A program made the translations under genes and the position numbers. From IMG/VR virus record IMGVR_UViG_3300030118_002679, positions 1 to 58,402 of that record: a DNA stretch of 58,402 nucleotides. The stretch is one strand, 5' to 3'. This DNA comes from a virus. Its lineage: Duplodnaviria; Caudoviricetes. The notes beneath the pieces were generated by a model that saw only the letters and a program-made list of their open reading frames with translations, had not been told where the DNA came from and searched no databases. Position 1 is the first letter of the stretch, and each line of letters begins with the position of its first letter. Of the stretch, positions 8,887 through 19,427 are shown piece by piece.

Positions 8887-9500
8887 TGACAGAAAAAAAA
8901 AGATTAATACAAGATGTTTTAGGTGGTTTAAAAGTTCCTAAAAAACAAACTAGGCAACAAAAGAAAAGTATGAAAAGATCAGAAAAAAATATCAAAAAAA
9001 ACTTGTATGATGATGTTTTAAAACCTCTTAAAAATAGTGGTGGTGGTCTTACTGAAGGCATCAAATCAGTAAAAGCCAGTGAGAAACAAGCAGCTCCTTC
9101 CAAAAAAGCTAGTGAGATGCAAGCAGCTCCTTCTACAAAAGCAAGTAAAAAACAGTACAGAGGTGTTACTAAAAAACCTTTAGCTGATTTTAAAAGCAAG
9201 ATGAGTAAAAAATCTGTTACGAAAAAATTAACTGGTGGACAAGCAAAACTAGATAAAAATAAAAATGATAAAATAGATGCAGAAGATTTTAAATTACTTA
9301 GAGAAGGTATGGCATTAGGTGGCAGTATGACAAGACAAATGACACAAGATATGATTGCTAGAGCTTTTCCAAAAGTCAAAGGACAAAAACAAAAAGAACA
9401 AGAAATGTATTTGAGAGAAAAAGCTAAATACGATAAACCACAAAATATGAGAGGTGGTGGTATAGCTATCAAAGGAACTAAATTTAAGGGTGTATTTTAG
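8886..9500 (+). CDS. Lys-rich protein with one EF-hand-like loop
   Basis: LDKNKNDKIDAEDF; short repeat KASE(K/M)QAAPS; C-terminal MRGGGIAIKGTKFKGVF. Confidence 0.7.
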   Translation: MTEKKRLIQDVLGGLKVPKKQTRQQKKSMKRSEKNIKKNLYDDVLKPLKNSGGGLTEGIKSVKASEKQAAPSKKASEMQAAPSTKASKKQYRGVTKKPLADFKSKMSKKSVTKKLTGGQAKLDKNKNDKIDAEDFKLLREGMALGGSMTRQMTQDMIARAFPKVKGQKQKEQEMYLREKAKYDKPQNMRGGGIAIKGTKFKGVF

Positions 9501-9508
9501 GATAAATT

Positions 9509-10195
9509 ATGGCTACTTCTGGAACAACAGCATTTGATTTAGATATAGATGATATCATTGAAGAAGCTTATGAGAGATGTGGTGTTAGAACTAATTCTGG
9601 TAAAGATTTAAAATCTGCTAGAAGAAGTTTAAATATCATGCTATCGGAGTGGGGTAATAGAGGTGTGCATTTATGGAAAGTAGAATTAAAAGAACAATTA
9701 CTATCTGCTGGAACTCAAACTTATACAGCTCCTACAAACGCTAACGATGTTTTAGAGGCTTATATTAGTACAACAACTGGTACTACTTCATCAACTAATG
9801 ATGTGTCTTTAACAAAAATAAGTAGAAGTGAATATGCTGCTTTGCCTAATAAAGGTTCACAAGGACAACCTAGCCAGTATTATGTAGATAGACAAACTAT
9901 TCCTACTATAACTTTATATCAAACTCCAGATGCAACAACCTATACGTATTTAAAATACTATTATTTAAAAAGAATAGAAGATGCTGGAGCTTATACAAAT
10001 CAAGCAGATGTAGTTTTTAGATTTATACCATGTATGGTATCTGGTCTTGCTTACTATTTGAGTATGAAAAAAAATCCTCAACTGGTGCAACAAAATAAAT
10101 TATTGTACGAGGATGAATTACAGAGAGCTTTAACTGAGGATGGACAAAGAACTTCGGTGTATATAACACCACAAAGTTATTTTCCACAAGGATAG
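9509..10195 (+). CDS. Head-tail adaptor / tail tubular protein A-like
   Basis: IIEEAYERCG, SARRSLN, WGNRG; position in the structural module. Confidence 0.6.
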   Translation: MATSGTTAFDLDIDDIIEEAYERCGVRTNSGKDLKSARRSLNIMLSEWGNRGVHLWKVELKEQLLSAGTQTYTAPTNANDVLEAYISTTTGTTSSTNDVSLTKISRSEYAALPNKGSQGQPSQYYVDRQTIPTITLYQTPDATTYTYLKYYYLKRIEDAGAYTNQADVVFRFIPCMVSGLAYYLSMKKNPQLVQQNKLLYEDELQRALTEDGQRTSVYITPQSYFPQG

Positions 10196-10197
10196 AT

Positions 10198-10578
10198 ATG
10201 CCATACGCAAAAGGAAAAAAATCACAAGCAATATCTGATAGGTCTGGAATGGCTTTTCCTTACACTGAAATGGTTAAAGAGTGGAATGGATCTTTTGTGC
10301 ATCGTTCTGAGTTTGAAGCAAAACATCCACAAATAAAAAGAAAACATATTAAGGCAGATGCTATAGCATTAGCAAACGCAAGACCTAGACCAAAAGACGA
10401 CAACAAAGATTTTTTATTATATATTAGCAATGGTTTTTTTGCTAATCAGGGAGATAGTGGAATAACTGGAGGTGCAAGTATGAGAGTTACAGATAGTGAT
10501 AAAATTTTGGGTACGAAACTTACATCAGTGGAAGCAACTACATCTATAGGCACTAATTTTAGTGTGGTGATAACATGA
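10198..10578 (+). CDS. Conserved structural-module protein
   Basis: AISDRSG...KEWNG...EFEAKHPQ. Confidence 0.65.
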   Translation: MPYAKGKKSQAISDRSGMAFPYTEMVKEWNGSFVHRSEFEAKHPQIKRKHIKADAIALANARPRPKDDNKDFLLYISNGFFANQGDSGITGGASMRVTDSDKILGTKLTSVEATTSIGTNFSVVIT

Positions 10579-11222
10579 GTATTACACACGCAAATTTTTT
10601 AACTCAAGTAAGAAATTACACAGAAGTAGATTCTAATGTTCTAAGCGATACTTTATTAGATCAATTTGTTAGAAATACAGAATTAGATATTGCTAACAAA
10701 GTAGATTATGATGACATTAGAAAATACGTTACTGGTTCTACAGGTACACAAAAATATTTGAATGTTCCAGATGACTGTATCGTAGTTCGTTCTATACAAG
10801 TGATTAGTAGTAGTACAAGAGATTTTTTAGAAAAAAGAGATACCTCTTTTATAGCCGAGTTTAATCCTACAGATGCAACTGGTTTACCGAAATATTTTGC
10901 TAATTGGGATGATAAAAATATTTTGTTTGCACCTATACCAGATCAAAATTACGATGTTCAATTAAATTATATAAGAGATCCAGAACATTTTAATTCTACA
11001 ACGGATACTTTTTTATCTAAACATCAAGAATCTTTATTATTACATGGTGTATTAACTGAGTGTTTTAGTTATTTAAAAGGCCCAGTTGATATGTACAACT
11101 TATACAAAACCAAGTATAATGAAGAAATACAAGATTTTGCGTTGCAACAAATGGGTAGAAGAAGAAGAGGAGAGTATGATGATGGGGTACCAAGAATACA
11201 AGTCGCTTCTCCTTCACCATAA
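10575..11222 (+). CDS. Head-tail adaptor-like protein
   Basis: GLPKYFA, FAPIPDQNY, LLLHGVL motifs. Confidence 0.6.
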   Translation: MSITHANFLTQVRNYTEVDSNVLSDTLLDQFVRNTELDIANKVDYDDIRKYVTGSTGTQKYLNVPDDCIVVRSIQVISSSTRDFLEKRDTSFIAEFNPTDATGLPKYFANWDDKNILFAPIPDQNYDVQLNYIRDPEHFNSTTDTFLSKHQESLLLHGVLTECFSYLKGPVDMYNLYKTKYNEEIQDFALQQMGRRRRGEYDDGVPRIQVASPSP

Positions 11223-11242
11223 AATAAAAAAGGAGAAAAAAT

Positions 11243-11683
11243 ATGGCAATAACAACTAGCGTAGTGTGTAATGTGTTTAAAACAGACGTGTTAAAAGCAG
11301 TGCATAATTTTACTGCTGCACCAACTGGTAACACTTTTAAATTAAGTATGTACACATCAAGTGCAACTCTTGGTAAGTCAACAACATCTTACACATCTGA
11401 TAATGAAGTAAGTTCACCTTCTGGATATACAGCTACTGGTAAAAATTTAGTTTCCTCTACTCCAGTTTTAAGCACAGACACTGCTGTATGTGATTTTGCA
11501 GATTTATCTTTTATAGGTGTTACTCTTACAGCAAGAGGTGCTTTAATCTATAACGATTCAGCTTCTGGTGATCCAGCAGTTGCAGTTTTAGATTTTGGTG
11601 GAGATAAAACAGCTACTTCAGGCACATTTACAATACAGTTTCCTACTGCTAATGCTTCAGATGCTATTATAAGAATAGCTTAG
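11243..11683 (+). CDS. Virion structural protein
   Basis: FKLSMYTSSATLG...AVLDFGGDKTATSGTFTIQFP. Confidence 0.7.
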   Translation: MAITTSVVCNVFKTDVLKAVHNFTAAPTGNTFKLSMYTSSATLGKSTTSYTSDNEVSSPSGYTATGKNLVSSTPVLSTDTAVCDFADLSFIGVTLTARGALIYNDSASGDPAVAVLDFGGDKTATSGTFTIQFPTANASDAIIRIA

Positions 11684-11701
11684 TAATAGGAGATTTGTTC
11701 A

Positions 11702-13117
11702 GTGACTACTAGAACATTTACAGTTACAGTAGTAAATGTTAGTGGTAATAATAAGTATTTCATTGATGGAGTACAACAAGCTACTCTCAATCTAGCAGAG
11801 GCAGGTACTTATGTATTCAATTGGTCTGACAGCTCAGCAATAAATCATCCACTAAGGTTTTCTACAACTTCTGATGGCACACATGGTGGAGGATCAGAGT
11901 ACACTACAGGTGTCACTAAAAATGATGGTGCTTACACTACAACAATCACAGTAGCGATAGGTGCTCCAACTTTATACTATTATTGCCAATATCACCCAAA
12001 TATGGGTGGTCAAGCAAATACAGTATCTGCGACATCATGGGGTATGTTGTCTTGGAATACTGGTGCTTGGGGTAATCAAGCTGATTTAACATTCAGTGTA
12101 ACTGGTGTTAGTGCTACTACATCAATTGGTTCTGTTGTTGCTGATGGTGTTATAAATACTGGATGGGGTAGAGTAGCATGGGGTGAATTTGGTTGGGGTA
12201 TAGGAGGTCAGGTTGTTGCCTCTGGGGTAGCTACCACTTCAGCAGTTGGTAGCGTCTCACAAACTATTACAGCAGATTTAAATGTAACAGGAGTATCTTT
12301 AACAAGTTCAGTTGGCTCCGTATCTGTAGAAGTAGCACTAGATGTAACAGCACCAGATGTTAGTCTTACAAGTTCAGTTGGCTCTGTAGTAGTAACTCAC
12401 ACTGGTTTAGTCGCACCTACTGGTTTAGTAGCTACAACCAGTTTAGGAACTGCAAGTGTAGATGAAAGATTTTTAGTAGGCTCTGGTTGGGGTAGATTAA
12501 GTTGGGGTAACCAAGCATGGGGTGTGGTATATGGTGTAATACCTAGTGGATTAAGTATTAACTCTTCTGTTGGCACTTCTACAATAACAGGCGATTGTAA
12601 TATATCAGTTACTGGTGTATCAGTTACAAGCACAGTGGGAGCTGTAGCAGGCGTATCAACAGATATTTTAATTACACAAACTGGATTAGGATTAACCAGT
12701 TCAATAGGTACTTCTACTGTAGAAATAACTTTTGGTGCAGTAGTAACAGGTGTTTCTGCAACATCAGCAGTAGGTTCTGTAATAGTTGCACCTAAAATAG
12801 AAGTGCCAGTTACTAACTCTACCTTAACATCTTCTATTGGCACAGTTACTTTTACTATAACAGGTTCTACTTCAGTTACTGGAGTAGCTTCAACGTTCTC
12901 TGTAGGATCAATAGTTCCAGAGTCCATTTACTCTGTCACTGGTGTTGTGGCAACATCAGCTGCTGGTACTCCTACTGAAGTTACAGGTGAAGGAATTATA
13001 GATAATGTTACTGGGGTAGTGTTGACTGCTTCAACTTCTGCTTCTATAATAGTGGTGTGGTCAGAAATAGATACTGGCACACCAATAACTTGGACTGAGA
13101 TTACAACAGCAGCATAA
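11702..13117 (+). CDS. S/T/V/G-rich repetitive fibre with N-terminal cupredoxin-like domain
   Basis: HPLRFS...YYCQYHPNMG; repeats of VTGVSATxSVGxV and GWGRxxWG. Confidence 0.7.
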   Translation: MTTRTFTVTVVNVSGNNKYFIDGVQQATLNLAEAGTYVFNWSDSSAINHPLRFSTTSDGTHGGGSEYTTGVTKNDGAYTTTITVAIGAPTLYYYCQYHPNMGGQANTVSATSWGMLSWNTGAWGNQADLTFSVTGVSATTSIGSVVADGVINTGWGRVAWGEFGWGIGGQVVASGVATTSAVGSVSQTITADLNVTGVSLTSSVGSVSVEVALDVTAPDVSLTSSVGSVVVTHTGLVAPTGLVATTSLGTASVDERFLVGSGWGRLSWGNQAWGVVYGVIPSGLSINSSVGTSTITGDCNISVTGVSVTSTVGAVAGVSTDILITQTGLGLTSSIGTSTVEITFGAVVTGVSATSAVGSVIVAPKIEVPVTNSTLTSSIGTVTFTITGSTSVTGVASTFSVGSIVPESIYSVTGVVATSAAGTPTEVTGEGIIDNVTGVVLTASTSASIIVVWSEIDTGTPITWTEITTAA

Positions 13118-13129
13118 AGGAACAAAAAT

Positions 13130-14026
13130 ATGGCATCTTCATACTCATCAGATCTAAAACTAGAACTCATGGCAACTGGTGAAAACGCTGGTACATGGGG
13201 TGATAAAACAAATACAAATTTAAATTTAGTACAACAAGCAATAGGTGGTTTTGAACAAGTAACAGTTGGTGATGGAGCAACAGTGGCTCTAGCTATGTCA
13301 GACGGTGCAATCTCTAATGCTAGAAATATGGTTATAAAAATAGCTACAGTAACTTTATCTGGAGCAACTGTTTTAACAGTGCCAAATAGCATAGAAAAAA
13401 TGTATATATTTGACTGTACTGCTGTGACTAATCCTACAAACTTAACAATTAAAACAGCAAGTGGGTCTGGCTTCTCTCCAGATCAAGCAAAAATTTATTT
13501 TGCATACGCAGATGGAACAAACATAGTAGAGGTATCTTTAGATACTTTGGGTGGTGCGATTGGTTCTGATAGTTTACCAACTGTGCCTATAGCTAAAGGT
13601 GGTACAGGTGCAACAAGTTTAGCATCTGCAAACATAGCGGTATTAAATGCAACTAATAATTTTGCAGACAATATATTACAAAGAGCAAAACTTAAAGATA
13701 CAGCAGAAGTAGCAGTAGCTTTAGGTGATTTAGGTGGTGGAACAGATGATATAGATTTATCAACAGGTAATGTCTTTACTGCAACAGTATCAACAGGAAC
13801 ACAAACTTTCACTTTTTCAAACCCTAGTCCAAGTGGTAACGCTTGTACTTTTATGTTGATACTAACTAATGGTGGATCACAAACAGTAAACTTTCCAAGT
13901 TCTGTAGATTTTCCTGGTGGTTCTGCTCCAACTTTAACAGCAGCAGGAGTAGACATTTTGATGTTTACCACAGTAGATGCTGGTACAACATTTCATGGTA
14001 TTTTAGCAAGTTCGGATAGTAAGTAA
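13130..14026 (+). CDS. Tail fibre/spike-like protein
   Basis: ATGENAGTWGDKTNTNL start; PIAKGGTGATS; C-terminal APTLTAAGVDIL domain. Confidence 0.7.
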   Translation: MASSYSSDLKLELMATGENAGTWGDKTNTNLNLVQQAIGGFEQVTVGDGATVALAMSDGAISNARNMVIKIATVTLSGATVLTVPNSIEKMYIFDCTAVTNPTNLTIKTASGSGFSPDQAKIYFAYADGTNIVEVSLDTLGGAIGSDSLPTVPIAKGGTGATSLASANIAVLNATNNFADNILQRAKLKDTAEVAVALGDLGGGTDDIDLSTGNVFTATVSTGTQTFTFSNPSPSGNACTFMLILTNGGSQTVNFPSSVDFPGGSAPTLTAAGVDILMFTTVDAGTTFHGILASSDSK

Positions 14027-15279
14027 TGGGAACATCTATTGGATCAGGAAAGTTTGGTTTCAAGCAAGCAGGTGGTGGTAAAGTAGGAACTTATTTTGGA
14101 GATGGTTCAGATGGTGCTGTAACTTTTTCTGGTAGCACTACTGATGGTATATCTGCTGGAGCAAGTTCTTATGGACTATATTCTATAGATGGTGCTGCAC
14201 CAGCTGGTTATCCAGCACCTTTAGCAGGATCAAATGTATATGAATATACCGTACCAAATAAAGATGGCTCTTATGATGGAGATGCTGTAGTAAAACAATT
14301 TTCATCTTTAACTATAAATTCTGGATATGTATTAACTACTGATCAACCTTGTAGAGGTCTTTTTATAATGGTGCAAGGAGATTGTACTTTAAATGGTTCT
14401 ATATCTATGACAGCAAGAGGTGCTTTTGCAAATCCTGATACACATGGAGGTAACGCTGCTGGGATTAAAATTCCAGTTAATCAAATTAGTGGTGATGCTT
14501 TAGGTGAAGATTTGTCAGGTGGTGCGATTTTTGACGGAATGGGAACTGCTGCAACTAATTTAGAAACAAGTTTTAATGATGCAGTTAGTGGACCTGGTGC
14601 TTTTTTAACTGTACCAAAAGTGGGTATGCCTGCCGATGGCACAAGAACTATAGAGCCTGGTAGTGATCAAGATATGAAAGGTTCTTTTGGTTTATCTGGT
14701 GATAACTGGACAGTAGCAGGCTCTTGGGGAGCTAGACCAACTAATACAGGAAAAACTGGTGAGGGTGGTTCAGGTAGAAATAGAACAGGTGCAACACCTG
14801 GTATAGCAGGTTCAGTTTTTTCTGGAGGACCTGGTGGTGGTGGTTCTTATTTTGGATCAGGATTTGAAGGACAAGATTATGGTGGTGCCGGTGGTCCTAA
14901 TGCTGCTGGAGGAGATTGGGCAGCTTGTGGAGGAGCAGGTAATCCTGGTGGTGGAAATAGTTTTGGTTCTGGTAGAGGTGGAGATGGCACTGGAGGTTTA
15001 TTAATATTATTAGTAGGTGGTAATCTTACCATTGGTGCAAGTGGAGGTCTTTATGCTAAAGGAGTGGGCGGAGGCACTAGACTATCTTCAGGACAACAAG
15101 TTCCTGGGTCAGGTTCAGGTGGTGGAGCCATAATATGTGCATATGCTGGTACTTTAAGTAATAGTGGTACAATTAATGTAGATGGAGGTATAATATCTAC
15201 TGCTGATAATAGTGACAATACAAGTTATCCTTGCCCTCAAGGTGGTGCAGGTTCTTATCAATTAATTAATTTAGCGTAG
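14026..15279 (+). CDS. Glycine-rich tail/receptor-binding protein
   Basis: FGDGSDGA start; many GGxGG runs. Confidence 0.65.
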   Translation: MGTSIGSGKFGFKQAGGGKVGTYFGDGSDGAVTFSGSTTDGISAGASSYGLYSIDGAAPAGYPAPLAGSNVYEYTVPNKDGSYDGDAVVKQFSSLTINSGYVLTTDQPCRGLFIMVQGDCTLNGSISMTARGAFANPDTHGGNAAGIKIPVNQISGDALGEDLSGGAIFDGMGTAATNLETSFNDAVSGPGAFLTVPKVGMPADGTRTIEPGSDQDMKGSFGLSGDNWTVAGSWGARPTNTGKTGEGGSGRNRTGATPGIAGSVFSGGPGGGGSYFGSGFEGQDYGGAGGPNAAGGDWAACGGAGNPGGGNSFGSGRGGDGTGGLLILLVGGNLTIGASGGLYAKGVGGGTRLSSGQQVPGSGSGGGAIICAYAGTLSNSGTINVDGGIISTADNSDNTSYPCPQGGAGSYQLINLA

Positions 15280-15287
15280 GAGAAATT

Positions 15288-15731
15288 ATGAGATATGTAA
15301 AAGTAGAAGATGGTAAAGTTACAAAAACTATAGATAACCTAGGCAAAGAATATCCAACTACTTGTTTTCCGATAGGTGGACCTAATTCTGATTGGCTGTC
15401 AGGTGAAAAGTTAGTGGTTGTTACAGAAGTAAAGTTTAGTGACTCTAGAGATAAAGTTGAAAACGTAGATCCATTTTTAGAAGACGGTAAATGGTATACA
15501 CAAAAAGTAACACCTTATGTAGCACCAACTATTACTACAGACGAAAAATGGGAAATGATTAGAAACGATAGAAACGATAGGTTGCGTAGATGTGATTATA
15601 TTTTTGTTGATGACGCACCTAGCTCTGTTACATCTAAATTAGATGATTGGAAAACATACAGACAAGCACTGAGAGATATAACAACACAATCAGATCCAGA
15701 TAAAATTACCTGGCCTTCAGAACCAAGTTAA
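15288..15731 (+). CDS. Tail fibre assembly chaperone
   Basis: IRNDRNDRL...WKTYRQALRDITTQ..P..I.WP..P signature. Confidence 0.8.
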   Translation: MRYVKVEDGKVTKTIDNLGKEYPTTCFPIGGPNSDWLSGEKLVVVTEVKFSDSRDKVENVDPFLEDGKWYTQKVTPYVAPTITTDEKWEMIRNDRNDRLRRCDYIFVDDAPSSVTSKLDDWKTYRQALRDITTQSDPDKITWPSEPS

Positions 15732-15743
15732 TAGGAAATAAAC

Positions 15744-17918
15744 ATGCCACTTAGGGAAGTTCAAATAGCACCTGGCATAAACAAACAGGTCACACCGACA
15801 GGTGCTGAAGGTAAGTGGATAGATTGTGATAATGTTCGTTTTCGTTATGGTTATCCAGAAAAGATAGGTGGTTGGGAACAAGTTACCACTAAAACTTTAG
15901 TTGGTGTTACTAGAGCTATGCACATTTGGGCAGATAAATTAGGTCGTAGGTTTATAGCTTTGGGTACTAATAAAGCCTTATTTATTTACTATGATGGTGC
16001 TTATTATGATGTTACACCTCTAGACACAGCGATAACCTCTTGCACTTTTACCTCAGCTAATGGATCAGCCACTGTAACAGTTAATAAAGCAGGACATGGT
16101 TTAGTAGAGGGAGATTTATTTTTATTTAGTAGTGTGACACTACCAGGAGGAGGAGCCACTGGTTTTACCACCAGTGATTTTACAACAAATACTTTTCAAG
16201 TGGTTACTGCTGAATCAGATACTTTTACAGTAACTATGGCAAGTAATGAATCAGGAACAGGAATGACTGCTGCTGGTTCAGTTACTGTAACACCTTACTT
16301 TGACATAGGTGACGCATTACAAGTTGCTGGTTATGGTTGGGGTACAGGTAGATATGGTGGTGAGGCTTTCCCTTTATCGACTAGCACTTTGAACGGTGCC
16401 TTGTTAAATGACTCAAATGGAACTGGTGGATCAGGTACAACAATAGCTTTAGCTTCTACTGCTAACTTTGTAGCAACAGGTGGCACAATAAAAGTAGATA
16501 ACGAATTAATAACTTACACTGGTGTAAGTGGTAGTAATTTAACAGGAATATCAAGAGGAGCATCTGGCACCGCAACAGCTGCTCATAGTGATGCAACCAC
16601 TGTAGAAGAAGCTTCAGATTATTTTGGTTGGGGTGATGCAACTAATCAAGCTGTTACCGTTTTAGAGCCTGGCAATTGGTCATTAGATAATTTTGGCGAA
16701 GTGCTTATAGGAACTGTAAGAAATAACAAATCATTTCAATGGAGTCCAGGTACTGCATCTCCACTTACAACAAGAGCTACAGTTATATCTAATGCACCAG
16801 AAAAAAGTGTTATGACCTTAGTATCTGATAGAGATAGGCATTTAATTCATTTAGGAACAGAACCCACTATAGCAAGTGGCACACAAGATAAAATGTTTAT
16901 TCGTTTTTCTGATCAAGAAAGTTTAACAGATTATACACCAACTTCAACGAACACAGCAGGTACTTTTAGAATAGATAATGGCACCAAAATAGTAGGTGGA
17001 GTAAACGCTGGATCATATAATTTAATATTGACTGATACATCTGCTTACACTATGAGATTTATAGGCCCTCCTTTTACTTTTGGTATAGAACAAGCTGGAG
17101 CTAACTGTGGGTTAATATCACAACATGGTATAGTTGCTGTAAATGGTGTTGTGTATTGGATGGGTCAAGCAGGTGGTTTTTATTTATATGATGGTACAGT
17201 AAAAAAAATAGCTTGTTCAGTAGAGGATTTTGTTTTTACAACCACTGATACTGGAGATTTAGGATTAAACTTTGATTCTTCTGATGTAATATTTGCTGGT
17301 TATAACTCTTTATTTGGAGAGATAAATTGGTTTTATCCACAGGCAACTTCAAATCAAATAGACAGAGTGGTGACATATAATTACCTTGAAGGAGTTTGGA
17401 CTATTGGTTCATTAGCAAGAACGACATATTATGATAAAACAATATTTGACAATCCATATGCTACTTCATTTGAAAACACTACTGTGCCAAGTTTTCCAAC
17501 CATACAAGGTGTAACTAATGTAAATGGAGCTACTATTTTGTATGCACACGAAAAAGGTAATAATCAAGTAAACAACACTGCCACTACACCTATAATAGGC
17601 AGTATACAAAGTGGTGATTTTGAAGTAGATGATCCTAAGTTAGGAACAGGAGAGTTTTTTATTAAAGTAAGAAGATTCGTGCCAGACTTTAGAGCCTTAA
17701 ATGGTAATGCACAAGTAACCATAAATCTTAAAGATTTTCCTAGTGATACGGAAGTTAGTAGTAGTTTAGGACCTTTTACTGTGTCTCCCACTACTCAAAA
17801 AGTAGACACGAGAGCTAGAGGAAGAGCTGCTAATTTAAAAATAGAAAATACCTCTACAGATGAAACGTGGCGATATGGCACATTTAAAGCTGACACACAA
17901 ATAGATGGCAGGCGTTAA
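15744..17918 (+). CDS. Tail nozzle / DNA stabilisation protein (P22 gp10-like beta-propeller)
   Basis: 724 aa; WIDCDNVRFRYG.PEKIGGW, IRFSDQE, EINWFYP. Confidence 0.7.
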   Translation: MPLREVQIAPGINKQVTPTGAEGKWIDCDNVRFRYGYPEKIGGWEQVTTKTLVGVTRAMHIWADKLGRRFIALGTNKALFIYYDGAYYDVTPLDTAITSCTFTSANGSATVTVNKAGHGLVEGDLFLFSSVTLPGGGATGFTTSDFTTNTFQVVTAESDTFTVTMASNESGTGMTAAGSVTVTPYFDIGDALQVAGYGWGTGRYGGEAFPLSTSTLNGALLNDSNGTGGSGTTIALASTANFVATGGTIKVDNELITYTGVSGSNLTGISRGASGTATAAHSDATTVEEASDYFGWGDATNQAVTVLEPGNWSLDNFGEVLIGTVRNNKSFQWSPGTASPLTTRATVISNAPEKSVMTLVSDRDRHLIHLGTEPTIASGTQDKMFIRFSDQESLTDYTPTSTNTAGTFRIDNGTKIVGGVNAGSYNLILTDTSAYTMRFIGPPFTFGIEQAGANCGLISQHGIVAVNGVVYWMGQAGGFYLYDGTVKKIACSVEDFVFTTTDTGDLGLNFDSSDVIFAGYNSLFGEINWFYPQATSNQIDRVVTYNYLEGVWTIGSLARTTYYDKTIFDNPYATSFENTTVPSFPTIQGVTNVNGATILYAHEKGNNQVNNTATTPIIGSIQSGDFEVDDPKLGTGEFFIKVRRFVPDFRALNGNAQVTINLKDFPSDTEVSSSLGPFTVSPTTQKVDTRARGRAANLKIENTSTDETWRYGTFKADTQIDGRR

Positions 17919-17921
17919 TGA

Positions 17922-18245
17922 ATGGACATAAAAAATATTGTAAGTATAGATAATGAAAATATATGGAAAAGTGACCATACATCTAATCCTTATGCTATGG
18001 TATTAAATGCTAAAAAAATATGGAAATTTACCAAACATGAATGGCCTGAGCAGTATAAATTTTATTCTGAAATGATAAAGGAAAATGCTGTAGATTTTAA
18101 ATGGGGATTACATAAACAAAAATCATTTAAAATATTAAATATAAAAGAATACTGTTATTTTATGGCACCGCCTGATATAATATATAGAGCAGTGAGAAAA
18201 GAAGATGACAAAAAAAATAAAAGATCCAAAAAAAGGAACAGGTAA
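17922..18245 (+). CDS. Hypothetical protein
   Basis: 107 aa ORF in operon. Confidence 0.5.
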   Translation: MDIKNIVSIDNENIWKSDHTSNPYAMVLNAKKIWKFTKHEWPEQYKFYSEMIKENAVDFKWGLHKQKSFKILNIKEYCYFMAPPDIIYRAVRKEDDKKNKRSKKRNR

Positions 18246-18498
18246 AAAACCCAGAGGCACAGGTCGTAGATTATATACAGATGAGAATCCTAAAGATACT
18301 GTAAGAATTAAGTTTGCTACTCCTCAAGATGCTAGAGCTACTGTAGCTAAAGTAAAAAAAATTTCCAAACCTTACGCAAGAAAAATACAAATATTAACCG
18401 TTATGGAACAACGTGCAAAAGTTATGGGAAAAACACAAGTGGTGTCTATTGCAAAAAAAGGTAAAGAAGCTATTAAAAGACAATTTAAAAAAGTTTAA
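18205..18498 (+). CDS. Basic conserved phage protein
   Basis: KDPKKGTGKKP.GTGRRLYTDENPKDTVRIKFAT. Confidence 0.7.
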   Translation: MTKKIKDPKKGTGKKPRGTGRRLYTDENPKDTVRIKFATPQDARATVAKVKKISKPYARKIQILTVMEQRAKVMGKTQVVSIAKKGKEAIKRQFKKV

Positions 18499-18499
18499 C

Positions 18500-19291
18500 G
18501 TGCAGATTAAATTAGATAACAATAATTATGAAGACACATTACATTTACAAAGAAAATATCCTACTGTTGTAGTAGACGAGTTTTTTACAAAACCAGATGT
18601 AATTAGAGAATATGCTTTATCTTTACCATATAAAAAAGCAGAAGATGGAAGATGGCCTGGTAAAAGATCCCCAATGTTACATACGCTAAATGAAAAACTT
18701 GTTTACTCTATAGCAAAAAAAATACTTAGTGTTTATTATGATTTAAGCACTGAACTATATTGGCACAGTATACAAATGGCTTTTCAAAAAATAAAACCAT
18801 ATTCAAAATTTAAGAATAGCAATTTAAATAAGGGTTGGATTCATACTGATGGTGTAAGAACTTTAGCAGGAGTAGTTTACTTAACACCAAGAGTTGAAAT
18901 AGATACAGGTACTTCAATATTTAAAATTAAAAAAAAATATATTGATTACGATATAAAAAAAAAACAAAATGCAAAAGACAATTTATATAAACATGGCTCA
19001 TGTAATACAAAAGCATATGACGAAGAAATAAATAGTTTATACAGCAAATTTAATAAAGTTACTGAGGTGAAAAACCTTTACAATAGATGTATTCTTTATG
19101 ATGCCCACGAGTATCACACAGGCACTAATTATTTTACTAGTGATCATGAAAGATTATCATTAGTTTTTTTCTTTACTAATTTAACCTCAAGCATACCGCC
19201 AAAGGATAGAATTATGTACTTTGACAAAGAAATAGAGTTCGATATAATGAATTGTAAAAAATATGGCAAAGATAGTAACAAATATACCTGA
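18500..19291 (+). CDS. 2OG-Fe(II) oxygenase, DUF6445-like (GTG 18500 more likely than track start 18413)
   Basis: VVDEFF..PD.IR, WPGKRS, WIHTD, AGVVYL, YNRCILY...H, RLSLVFF. Confidence 0.75.
   Translation: MQIKLDNNNYEDTLHLQRKYPTVVVDEFFTKPDVIREYALSLPYKKAEDGRWPGKRSPMLHTLNEKLVYSIAKKILSVYYDLSTELYWHSIQMAFQKIKPYSKFKNSNLNKGWIHTDGVRTLAGVVYLTPRVEIDTGTSIFKIKKKYIDYDIKKKQNAKDNLYKHGSCNTKAYDEEINSLYSKFNKVTEVKNLYNRCILYDAHEYHTGTNYFTSDHERLSLVFFFTNLTSSIPPKDRIMYFDKEIEFDIMNCKKYGKDSNKYT
19221..19248 (+). promoter_or_regulatory. Consensus sigma70 promoter
   Basis: TTGACA-16-TATAAT. Confidence 0.7.
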
Positions 19292-19427
19292 TCCAAAAAC
19301 AGAGTACAGTGTTGAAAACCAAAGGTTGATTAATTTAGCATTAAATCAAATAATATCTAAATTAAATACTTCCTATCAAGAAGACTTAAAATCAGAACAA
19401 CAAGCATTTGAGTATTTTTTATCGTGA
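19263..19427 (+). CDS. 54-aa coiled-coil protein (not in ORF track)
   Basis: MAKIVTNIPDPKTEYSVENQRLINLALNQIISKLNTSYQEDLKSEQQAFEYFLS; GTGA overlap with the next gene. Confidence 0.7.
   Translation: MAKIVTNIPDPKTEYSVENQRLINLALNQIISKLNTSYQEDLKSEQQAFEYFLS

Noticed and set aside
18413-18499. Upstream extensions given by the ORF track (also 20816, 24270, 25282, 35929, 38364, 48855, 52542)
   Set aside because: They overlap neighbouring genes or terminators and lack an RBS; downstream starts fit better.
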